DNA from: an uncultured Acidobacteriaceae bacterium
GTDB taxonomy: Bacteria; Acidobacteriota; Terriglobia; Terriglobales; Acidobacteriaceae
DNA: 64,000 nucleotides
Assembly: GCA_963730135.1 (NCBI GenBank)
Contig: CAVSQQ010000008.1
Location: 291,500 to 355,499 of the forward strand
Direction of reading: 5' to 3'
Shown: positions 28,642-36,987 of the stretch, piece after piece
Layout of the letters: every line of letters starts with the position of its first letter
How positions within the stretch are numbered: the stretch's first letter is position 1
The notes under the pieces: model-generated
The model's database searches: none
Told to the model about the DNA's origin: nothing
What the model saw: the letters and a program-made list of their open reading frames with translations, nothing else
Translations under genes and position numbers: made by a program

Positions 28642-29354
28642 CGCCCCCAAAGACCGCCTCGCCATCGCACTCGACTTCCCCGGCGAACGCGACGCCTTGA
28701 ATCTCGTCGATCGCCTCGGCGAAACCTGCCAGTGGTACAAGGTCGGCATGGAGCTCTACTACGCCGCCGGCAACCGCATCGTGCAGCAACTTCGCGACCG
28801 TGGCTTCAACGTCTTCCTCGATCTCAAGCTTCACGACATCCCCAACACCGTAGCCGGCGCCGTCCACTCCGCCGCCCGTGCCGGAGCGTCCCTGCTCACC
28901 ATTCACGCTGCCGGCGGCTCCGCCATGATGTCTGCCGCAGCCCAGGCCGCCTCCGCCCCGGGCTCCCCTCGACTCCTCGCCGTCACCGTCCTCACCAGCA
29001 TGGACACCAGCCAGCTCGCCGGCATCGGCATCGCCGCCTCCCCTGCCGATCAGGTCCTGCGCCTTGCCAGACTCGCCCAGGCCTCAGGCATCGACGGCAT
29101 GGTCTGCTCCGCCGAAGAGGTCGCCATGGTGCGCCAGCAGACCGGCCCATCCACGCTGCTCGTCGTCCCTGGAATCCGTCTCGCCGATGCCCCGGCCGAT
29201 ATCCCGACGAGACCAGAAACGTGTCGCCACCCCCGCCCGGGCCATCGCCCTCGGAGCCTCGATGCTCGTCGTCGGCCGTCCCATCACCCGCGCTGCCGAC
29301 CCCGCCCAGGCCGCTCGCTCTATCCTCGACGAGATCGCCCAAGCCGCCAACTGA
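28619..29354 (+). pseudogene. pyrF: Orotidine-5'-phosphate decarboxylase, frameshifted near 29198-29210 (or assembly error)
   Basis: IALD, KVGMEL, FLDLKLHDIPNTV, VPGIR in one frame; DQKRVATP...LVVGRPIT in another frame (net +1 nt). Confidence 0.9.
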
Positions 29355-29522
29355 AAATAAAGTTTGAAAAAGTGGAAAATCTTCCGGCCCGGAAAAGTGT
29401 CCGTCAACATTCCACGTTTCACCAGCGAACCACCACAACTTCACCAGCAAAATACCACGTTTAAAACGCACTTTTTCGCAAAAACCCCTGCAAAAACGCC
29501 CTTCCACCACAGCAGGAAAAAA
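29354..29522 (+). repeat. ~170-bp dispersed non-coding repeat, copy 1
   Basis: Roughly 85-90% identical by hand to the reverse complement of 32269-32437. Confidence 0.9.
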
Positions 29523-29524
29523 CC

Positions 29525-30421
29525 CTAAATTTCGCCCCCGTGCGTCACATTCATGTCGCTCAAGCGAAGCGCCAGCGCCTTGGCCGACCCGCCCCCGCGC
29601 TGGAACTCGCCAAGCTCCGTCTGGACCACCTCAAAGCCACGCTCTGTCAATCGTTTAGCCAGGTCCGATTCCACCGTCCCCATCAGGATCTCCCGCCCGA
29701 TATTGATGACATTGCAGCCAAATTGTGTCGCCTCCAACTCGCTGACAACAATGCGCTTGTCCGCCTCATACGCCGCCTCAATCTTCGCCCTCGAAGCCGC
29801 ATCAAAAGCCTCCGGAAAATAAAGCAGATACTCGCCACTCAACGGCGCAAAACAAAGATCGAGATGAAAAAATCGCGGATCCACCAGGTGCAGCGAAGTC
29901 ACCGGCGTATGCCACGCATTCGACACATGCCGATGGCTATGGTGGCATGTTCGAGTCCCATGCGCAGCCCATAAATGCCCGCCATTCGCGTCGAACAACG
30001 CGTCGCCTTCGCCTTCAAACGAGGTCTCACGCGGCGTCGCCCATATCAGAAAACCCGCGTCCTCAAGCCACTGCCGCACAGCCTGTTCCTCGCTCTGCCG
30101 CTGCGGATGAGTGAAACTCGAAATCGCTGCGACTCCATGCTGAACCACCGCTGCATGAGCCACAAAAACCATGTCCGGCGAGCCCTCTCGCGCAGGAAGC
30201 AGCCGAACATCGGCGATCCGCTGCAGCTCCTGATACAGATTCTTCCACTGCATAAACGCAGTGTCGCGCGATGGTTGATGAAGATTCCCCGCCATCCACG
30301 GGTTAATCACGTAGTCGACGTCATACCATTCCGGCGGACACATCAGATAGGTGGGGCGATCGAAATGCGGAAGCGACGCAAAGCCCGAGGCGGAGGATGA
30401 TGCAGCCGGCGTGGTAATCAT
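29525..30421 (-). CDS. Amidinotransferase superfamily protein (dimethylargininase/arginine deiminase-like)
   Basis: YVINPWM, PDMVF, FEGEGD, FHLDLC, GGGSAKAL (the usual C-terminal catalytic Cys of GGSAKC appears as Ala). Confidence 0.85.
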   Translation of the reverse strand: MITTPAASSSASGFASLPHFDRPTYLMCPPEWYDVDYVINPWMAGNLHQPSRDTAFMQWKNLYQELQRIADVRLLPAREGSPDMVFVAHAAVVQHGVAAISSFTHPQRQSEEQAVRQWLEDAGFLIWATPRETSFEGEGDALFDANGGHLWAAHGTRTCHHSHRHVSNAWHTPVTSLHLVDPRFFHLDLCFAPLSGEYLLYFPEAFDAASRAKIEAAYEADKRIVVSELEATQFGCNVINIGREILMGTVESDLAKRLTERGFEVVQTELGEFQRGGGSAKALALRLSDMNVTHGGEI

Positions 30422-30550
30422 AAAACAGGGTTCCTACTTTCCATCGAAGAGTCTGCCCGTCGTGACCGATGATCGTCAAGTGCCTGCCAGGAAATTATTT
30501 GTACAACTTTGGTCCCTCTGTATGCACCGCGATTCCGGCACTTAGCCGGC

Positions 30551-30582
30551 AAAACAAAAGAGCCCATAAAAGGGCTCCTTTG
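30551..30582 (-). terminator. Rho-independent terminator of the small zinc-ribbon gene
   Basis: Minus strand GAGCCC-TTTTAT-GGGCTC followed by TTTTGTTTT. Confidence 0.7.
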
Positions 30583-30606
30583 TCCTACCTTCAAAACAGG
30601 CAGTTC

Positions 30607-30786
30607 TTAGAGTTTTTCGAAAAAATCGCACGCCGAGCAGGAGATATACACTCCGCCGGGAGTACCGCGCTCCCGGTCCTTGACGCGCTTGACGATGCGG
30701 GTGGGTTTGGAGCACTTCGGACAGTCCGTGCTCTTGTTGGTATCCATGACTTTCTTACGGTCGCCGGTCTTGGCAATCTTCGCCAT
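30607..30786 (-). CDS. 59-aa basic zinc-ribbon protein (not in ORF track)
   Basis: MAKIAKTGDRKKVMDTNKSTDCPKCSKPTRIVKRVKDRERGTPGGVYISCSACDFFEKL; AGGGAG RBS; downstream terminator. Confidence 0.85.
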   Translation of the reverse strand: MAKIAKTGDRKKVMDTNKSTDCPKCSKPTRIVKRVKDRERGTPGGVYISCSACDFFEKL

Positions 30787-30988
30787 AATGCTTGTCTCCC
30801 TGTTGCAAATATCGATACAAATATTGCGGCTCGCGCGCTGGATAGATAGATTGGCTCCCCGCCCTCGCGGACGAGCAGAATCGAATCATCCGTAACTTCT
30901 CTTGGAGATTGTCCGGGGTCGTCCACGGGGAAATCAGATGGAGAAGAACTGCGATTGAGGCTCTTCTACAAGTCTACACGAGGACTGC

Positions 30989-32182
30989 CTACTCCATGGG
31001 AGGCCTCTTCGGGATTGATCCTGGACCAGCCCCGGGGTTCGTTCCAGGGCCAGGCCCGAGCCCCGGTCCCTGAGGCGTGGAGGAGGGATCGCTGGACGAG
31101 GGCGGTGGTGGAATCGGCGCCACCGGAGTATTCGTATCCGTCGGGAACTGTACTTTGCCCTGCCCCCCGTCAGGTACTGGCTCTCCGGGCAGGCGCAATG
31201 TCGGAGCAGCAGGCTTCTTGTCCTCGCCCGATGCCGGCTGCGGATCGCCCATCGCCACCTCACGTGTCTGCGGCGGCGCGTTGAAACCGTCCATCTCATC
31301 CTTATCGTGGATCTCGATCGGCTTACCGAGCGCTGCAATCTCGACCACGGTGACGCGATCGCCGACGAAGCGAACGAAACGAATCGTCTGAGGCACGTGC
31401 CCGTAGATCCACTCCTCGTAGCGTCCGCCGTTGGGGTCACCGCTTTGCTGTTCGCGCATCTTGTTCTCCGGTGCGCCCAGCGCGGCGAGAACCATCCGGT
31501 GATTCATTCCGACCAGCACCTCGTGAGCTGCGATTGCCTCTTTCAGCACTGGTGGAAGCGTGTCAGCGTAAGCCTGTTCCGAGGATTTAACTCCAAAATC
31601 GATCAGCGGCTCCAGCAGCGCTTTGACTTCGGGACCGGATATCTCCGGTATCCCGCCCTCGAAGACGAGGGTGATGCGAGAGCCGGTTGCGACCTCGCCG
31701 GTGTTCTGCGTCACTGGAGCGTCATTGAGCTCAACGTGGCTCAGGAAGCGATGTTTCGCATAGGGGCCGCCGTTGAAATCCAGAACGATGCGATCGCCCT
31801 TGAACTCGAGCGCTGTGATCACAACACGGTCGCCGGGAGCTGCGGCCTGGCCTTTTTCGTAGATCAATTTTCTGTAGGCTGCCGGGGCAGGAGTGAGTTG
31901 TCCATTCGCTTGCAGCACGATGCCGGAGCTGATGGGCAGGGCGCGATGAGCGAAGCCCTGCTCTGCCACGAGGTTGCGGACGAGTCCACGGCGTCCGCGC
32001 TCGGAGAGCTTTTCCTGGGGTAGAGGCACGCGCGTGGGAGTGAAATCGGTGGCGATGTCGGCGGTCGCGGATTTTTCGCCGACGGTGAAGACCTGAGCGT
32101 GGGCAGCGCTGAAAGATAAGGCCAGAAGGCCTGCGATGAGGGCCGAACTACGGATGAGGACCGATCTGTGGAGGAGTGCCAT
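30989..32182 (-). CDS. Exported hypothetical protein with Pro/Gly-rich tail
   Basis: Signal peptide (AHA-Q), GAGGTG RBS, VGMNHRMVLAALGAP...EEWIYG motif. Confidence 0.75.
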   Translation of the reverse strand: MALLHRSVLIRSSALIAGLLALSFSAAHAQVFTVGEKSATADIATDFTPTRVPLPQEKLSERGRRGLVRNLVAEQGFAHRALPISSGIVLQANGQLTPAPAAYRKLIYEKGQAAAPGDRVVITALEFKGDRIVLDFNGGPYAKHRFLSHVELNDAPVTQNTGEVATGSRITLVFEGGIPEISGPEVKALLEPLIDFGVKSSEQAYADTLPPVLKEAIAAHEVLVGMNHRMVLAALGAPENKMREQQSGDPNGGRYEEWIYGHVPQTIRFVRFVGDRVTVVEIAALGKPIEIHDKDEMDGFNAPPQTREVAMGDPQPASGEDKKPAAPTLRLPGEPVPDGGQGKVQFPTDTNTPVAPIPPPPSSSDPSSTPQGPGLGPGPGTNPGAGPGSIPKRPPME

Positions 32183-32268
32183 GGACGCACCTCAGATATA
32201 GAACAGCTTGCGCTTTCTCTTTGCTTTTGACAAGTGCCGGAGGTGGGTTTGGGGGTAAAAGTACTGTC

Positions 32269-32437
32269 TTTTTTCCCGGTATGGTGAAAGGGCGTTTTTA
32301 CAGGGGGTTTTGCGAAAAAGTGCGGTTTTAACGTGGTGAATTTGTGGTGAAGTTGTGGTAGTTCGCTGGTGAAACGTGGGATGTTGACGGACACTTTTGC
32401 GGCCCTGAAAATTTTCCACTTTTTCAAACTTTATTTT
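32269..32437 (-). repeat. ~170-bp dispersed non-coding repeat, copy 2 (inverted)
   Basis: Reverse complement of 29354-29522; supplies the TAA stop of the CPBP gene. Confidence 0.9.
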
Positions 32438-33516
32438 TGAAAGGGGTCGGGTTCAGGGCTTTGGCTCGTCGTTGGGGCGCGGTTGGTTTGCGAGGTTGCG
32501 GGCAGAATCTGGACGAGTGAGCCGGGAGGCGGCGGCGGCTCTGCCTGTTGGGCCAGCAGAGCCATCCGTTCCATGGCAACGTGGGCTGCCGGAGCCTCAG
32601 GCTCCATCGGATAGCCGGCCGCGACGATGGGAACGTAGGTGTAGTGCCAGGCGTAGTCTCGCGTGAGGCGCACGAGGATGGCGATGCCGATGAGGAGAAC
32701 GAGGATGGTGAAGGCTGCGCCCTCAGGTCCGTAGTCGCCGCCGGTGAGCCAGGGGCGTCCGAAGGCGCGGGTCTGGACGACGCTGGCAAAGTCGTCGATT
32801 CCGCTGATGGGCAGCCCGAACAGGATACCGATGGACGCGTTCCAGCCAAAGTGAAGTCCCCAGCCGAGCCACAGCCCGTGAGTGCGGAGCCAGGCGACCG
32901 AGAGCAGAAGACCGGCGAGCATGGTGACGAGGGTGCTGGCCCAGGTTGCGCCGGGGTTAAGCATGTGGCCGAGTCCGAAGAGGATGGACATGAAGATGGT
33001 TGCAGCCACCGGCCCGACGGCCTGGATCAAACGGCGATAGGGGTAGCCACGGAAGGCGGCCTCTTCTGCGAGCGCGGCGACAGCCAGTGTGATCAGGTTG
33101 AGAACGAGCAGGCTGAAGGCGCGCGGCTGCAACCACAGCCGCACGTTCAGGGTTCCCGCGACCGCCATCGGCAGAACCGCAAGCACGATGAGACCCCAGC
33201 CGAGCGCTGCGCCGAGCTTCCACTCGCGGCCGGCGGTGGGGCGTCGAGGCAGGCCGAGCACCTCGCGAACGGAGGAGGAGCCGCGGGTGGAGATCGCCTG
33301 CAGAATGGAGAATCCCACGGCCAGGAGGAAGAGCAGAAAGAGGGACGTGAGCAGAGGGCGTGCGGCTCCAAGGTTGAAGCGCTCGGCAAAGCCTGTGGCG
33401 GCGCGGCCGGCCACGGTGTCGGCGGCGAGAAACCAGGCGCCGGAGGTGAGGAAGAGTGCAAACTGCAGCGTGCGTTCGGAGCGGCGGGTGGTTGTCGTCG
33501 TATCGAGCGCGTGCAA
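32431..33516 (-). CDS. CPBP/Abi (CAAX-like) intramembrane glutamic endopeptidase
   Basis: LAEEAAFRGY, FGLGH, LHFGWN motifs; start uncertain (TTG 33516 proposed; the ORF-track extension overlaps accA). Confidence 0.85.
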   Translation of the reverse strand: MHALDTTTTTRRSERTLQFALFLTSGAWFLAADTVAGRAATGFAERFNLGAARPLLTSLFLLFLLAVGFSILQAISTRGSSSVREVLGLPRRPTAGREWKLGAALGWGLIVLAVLPMAVAGTLNVRLWLQPRAFSLLVLNLITLAVAALAEEAAFRGYPYRRLIQAVGPVAATIFMSILFGLGHMLNPGATWASTLVTMLAGLLLSVAWLRTHGLWLGWGLHFGWNASIGILFGLPISGIDDFASVVQTRAFGRPWLTGGDYGPEGAAFTILVLLIGIAILVRLTRDYAWHYTYVPIVAAGYPMEPEAPAAHVAMERMALLAQQAEPPPPPGSLVQILPATSQTNRAPTTSQSPEPDPFQK

Positions 33517-33544
33517 CGGAGCTGCTCCAGTCTGGTGAGAACCG

Positions 33545-34402
33545 CTAGGCGGTGGTGTAGAACTGTGCCATATTGCGGAACTTCGTGTAACGCTGCTCCA
33601 GCAGGATGTCGAGGGGAAGAGCGCGGAGCTCGGCGAGATGGTGCTTAAGTTTTTCTCCGACCATGGCAAAGGCTGCGGCGGGATCGTTCTGCGTGCCTCC
33701 GCGAGGTTCGCGCAACACGTCGTCGACGCAGCCGAGCAGCTTGACGTCGCCTGCGGTGTATTTGAGCGCGGTGGCCGCATGCTGTTTTTTGGTGGGGTCC
33801 TTCCACATGATGGAGGCGCAGCCCTCGGGCGAGATGACGGAGTAGATGGCATTCTCAAGCATGAGGACGCGATCGGCGAGTGCGAGCGCGAGGGCTCCGC
33901 CCGATCCGCCCTCGCCGGTGATGGTGGCGATGGTGGGGGTGCGGAGGCGGGACATTTCGATAAGGTTGCGGGCGATGGCTTCGCCCTGTCCGCGTTCTTC
34001 GGCTCCGATGCCGGGATTGGCGCCGGCAAGATCGATGAAGGTGAAGACGGGGCGGCCGAATTTTTCGGCGATCTTCATCGCGCGCAGAGCTTTGCGATAT
34101 CCTTCCGGGTCGGGCATGCCGAACCTGCGGGCGGTCCGCTCTTTGGTGGTGCGGCCCTTGAGGTTGCCGATGACCATGACGGGTTCGCCGTGGAAGAGAG
34201 CCATGCCGCAGATCATCGCGGCATCGTCGCCAAAGGCGCGGTCGCCGTGGATCTCGCTGAAATCGGTGAAGATTGCCTGAATGAAGTCCATGGGATAGGG
34301 ACGCTTAGGATGCCTGGCCAACTCCGTCCTGATCCAGGCTTCGGGAGTTGGCGCGGGTACCGGATGAGGATGCGCTGATCTACCTGTTTCGTGTTCGGCC
34401 AT
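33545..34402 (-). CDS. accA: Acetyl-CoA carboxylase carboxyltransferase subunit alpha
   Basis: ARHPKRPY, HGDRAFGDD, FGMPDPEGYRKA, GEGGSGGALA, SVISPEGCASI. Confidence 0.97.
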   Translation of the reverse strand: MAEHETGRSAHPHPVPAPTPEAWIRTELARHPKRPYPMDFIQAIFTDFSEIHGDRAFGDDAAMICGMALFHGEPVMVIGNLKGRTTKERTARRFGMPDPEGYRKALRAMKIAEKFGRPVFTFIDLAGANPGIGAEERGQGEAIARNLIEMSRLRTPTIATITGEGGSGGALALALADRVLMLENAIYSVISPEGCASIMWKDPTKKQHAATALKYTAGDVKLLGCVDDVLREPRGGTQNDPAAAFAMVGEKLKHHLAELRALPLDILLEQRYTKFRNMAQFYTTA

Positions 34403-34592
34403 CGTGTCGTTGGTGCTTCCCTTTTGATTGTATGCGATGGATCATCATCGCTCTAAGTTCGGGGTAGTGTGCACGCTGGATTTTCCGCTAAATTCCTGAA
34501 GTCATGCTTTCAGAGGGCATTTCGATGAACCGCATTCAAGGAGGCTGTTACCGGGCAACAAAATTATCATTTGCAAAATAAAAAACCTACTT

Positions 34593-34621
34593 TTGACAAA
34601 ACTAATGTCGCACTATAAGTT
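34593..34621 (+). promoter_or_regulatory. Sigma70-like promoter
   Basis: TTGACA-17 bp-TAAGTT, ending 28 bp upstream of ATG 34650. Confidence 0.5.
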
Positions 34622-34649
34622 ACCGGTACTCATCAACATCGGTGACTAA

Positions 34650-35372
34650 ATGGCAATCAGTTTTGACAAACTTGTGGCGCTATTATGGCTATCCTCAACG
34701 ATCTTTCAAGGACAACAAGCGACTGATCCTCGGGTCTCCACTCCAGAGATCCGAGCAGTTGAATCTCAAAACTATGTCGGATTTTCCTATCTCACCCCGC
34801 TGCCGACGCTCCTGTCTCTCCCAGAAAATGCTTCAAAGGATTCTATTGTTGTAGCCCATTCAATTCGCCCTCATCACAATATTGGTGGTGCATCGAAAGA
34901 CCCGAATGCATGGTTACAGGAGCTTGTAGTAAATTCCGATGCGGTTGTTATTGGGAGGCCCTACAATCGCATCTCGTCGCTAACCGCGGGCAAGACTTTC
35001 GTCTTCTCAGATTACGAATTAGCAGTTGAGTCTGTACTCAAGGACAAGACGGGACGCATTTCCAACAGCTCACAGATCGTTGTATCTCGACCTGGCGGCG
35101 TCGTAACTTACGAAGAAAAGTCATTTAGGGCAATCGATCCTGAATTTCATCTTTTCAAAATCGGCGAGCTTTACCTTTTGTTCTTGTTCAGACTTCCTGA
35201 AACCGGAACATACATGGTCTCGGCCGAAAGGGCGTACCACTTGCAAAATGGGAATGTTTCATCTGCAAAGACAAATCCCGATCATGCCCTGCAAAGTGCC
35301 CGCCAGGATGACTTTATTTCATCAATAAAAATCTACCTAGCGAAGGAAGGCCCAAAAAGAGGAGAATACTGA
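34650..35372 (+). CDS. Low-GC exported hypothetical protein (possible TIMP/NTR-like OB fold)
   Basis: Signal-like N-terminus; SDAVVIG...VESVLK...PGG...GELYLLFL pattern. Confidence 0.6.
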   Translation: MAISFDKLVALLWLSSTIFQGQQATDPRVSTPEIRAVESQNYVGFSYLTPLPTLLSLPENASKDSIVVAHSIRPHHNIGGASKDPNAWLQELVVNSDAVVIGRPYNRISSLTAGKTFVFSDYELAVESVLKDKTGRISNSSQIVVSRPGGVVTYEEKSFRAIDPEFHLFKIGELYLLFLFRLPETGTYMVSAERAYHLQNGNVSSAKTNPDHALQSARQDDFISSIKIYLAKEGPKRGEY

Positions 35373-35376
35373 GCTT

Positions 35377-35949
35377 GTGCCAGATTGCTCGAACGGTTAC
35401 GAGGAGTACGCGAATACCTTCATCCGATCACGTAGTCCGCAGATTGGGCGGGATGTGGTGCGCGACTGGGCGCACCAGTTCACACGGGGCGCCGAAGTAC
35501 TGGAATTAGGATGTGGTCACGGCGTGATCTCGGAGGTTCTGGATGAGGCAGGGCTGACCCTGTTCGCCGTGGATGCTTCTCCGACTCTGCTTCGTGCGTT
35601 TCACGAACGATTCCCTCATGTCGGGACGGACTGCTCTGCGGCAGAGGAGTCAACATTCTTCGAGCGTATGTTCGATGGAGTGGTGGCGTGGGGATTGCTT
35701 TTCCTGCTTGAAGAGGACGCGCAACGATCTGTTCTCACCAAGGTGGGGAAGGTTCTCCGACCCGGCGGTCGATTCTTATTCACTGCTCCGCGCGACGCGA
35801 TGGAGTGGATCGATGTGATGACGGAGCGCCCGTCGCGTTCGCTCGGCGCAGTCGAATATGAGCGGCTGTTGCTTGGCCTTGGTTTGGAAGTTTCGTCTGG
35901 CATGACGGATGAGAGTGAGAACTATTACTACGACGCGATTAAGCGGTGA
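35377..35949 (+). CDS. Class I SAM-dependent methyltransferase
   Basis: VLELGCGHG motif I, AVDAS, LRPGGRFLF. Confidence 0.88.
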   Translation: MPDCSNGYEEYANTFIRSRSPQIGRDVVRDWAHQFTRGAEVLELGCGHGVISEVLDEAGLTLFAVDASPTLLRAFHERFPHVGTDCSAAEESTFFERMFDGVVAWGLLFLLEEDAQRSVLTKVGKVLRPGGRFLFTAPRDAMEWIDVMTERPSRSLGAVEYERLLLGLGLEVSSGMTDESENYYYDAIKR

Positions 35950-36205
35950 AGCACATCGATAGTCCATACAGGAGTATCAGAACCTGAGTTGGGAGCGGTG
36001 AACGACAAGATTGTCGCATGTCATGGGTGACGGTAAGATTGCGTTTAATCCGGGGCAATTCGTCGACTACAAGGAAAATCTATGACAGCATTTCGCCGCT
36101 TGTTGGCTTGCGCCTTGTTCGTTTCCGTTTCCGCAATGTGGGCTATGAGCCTCCCGAACTTCCTTAGAACATGTCGCGTACACTCCCGTAACGCTGGAGG
36201 TCCGA

Positions 36206-36904
36206 ATGACGTCGCGCAAGATTAGGGCCCGTATCGCTGGCCTGTGGTATCTGGGCTTTACCCTGGGACCGTTTTACCTGCTATATGTTCCTTCGCGGAC
36301 GGTCGTAAACAACGACGCTGCCGCAACCGCAGCCCGAGTCCTCAGTCATGAGACGCTCTACCGTTGGGGCATGCTTACCGAGACGCTCGGCGCGGTCATC
36401 TTCGTCGGCCTCAGCTTGGCGCTCTATCGTCTCTTTGAAGACGTGGACCGCTACCGCGCGCGACAACTGGTGGCTCTCGTGCTGGTTTCATCTGCCCTCG
36501 GTTTGGTGACCGTGGTCTTCAGCGCGGCCGCCCTGCTTGTCTTTCGCGGCGGCGCTGCCTTCATCGCCGTCGACAATCACACGCGCGAAGTAATCGGCAT
36601 GATCCTGATAAGGATGCATGGGCAGGCGAACAGCATCAACCAGACGTTCTGGGGATTGTGGCTGTTGCCCTTCGGATGGTTGGTCGTGCGCTCGCGCTTT
36701 TTACCGCGCTGGCTGGGGTACTGGCTCCTGCTTGACGGCATCGGCTGGATTGTCCTCGGCATGACCTGGTTCCTCGCTCCGGATTACACGGGCGCTCTCT
36801 TTCGTTACTTCCAGCCGCTGTTTCTGGCCGAGCTTGCCGTCATTCTCTGGCTGTTGATCATGGGAGCGAAGGAGCAGAAGCTCGTTGCGGCTGCGACTAA
36901 GTAG
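36206..36904 (+). CDS. DUF4386-like multi-pass membrane protein
   Basis: ARIAGLWYL, FWGLWLLPFGWLV...LPRWLG, GGAGG RBS. Confidence 0.75.
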   Translation: MTSRKIRARIAGLWYLGFTLGPFYLLYVPSRTVVNNDAAATAARVLSHETLYRWGMLTETLGAVIFVGLSLALYRLFEDVDRYRARQLVALVLVSSALGLVTVVFSAAALLVFRGGAAFIAVDNHTREVIGMILIRMHGQANSINQTFWGLWLLPFGWLVVRSRFLPRWLGYWLLLDGIGWIVLGMTWFLAPDYTGALFRYFQPLFLAELAVILWLLIMGAKEQKLVAAATK

Positions 36905-36987
36905 TTCCCCCCGAGCCGTGCTGTTGCGAGGATCTGTATCAGTGGTCGAGCCGGGAAGGCGCCGATAGCGGACGCTAGAACCGTTTG

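Noticed and set aside
31864-32427. ORFs 31864-32427 and 32192-32419 and the HQRTTTTSP tail of the pyrF frame
   Set aside because: Translations of the 170-bp repeat, not genes
34589-34614. Second dif-like site
   Set aside because: Lacks ATAA-N6-TTAT spacing; better explained as a sigma70 promoter/operator
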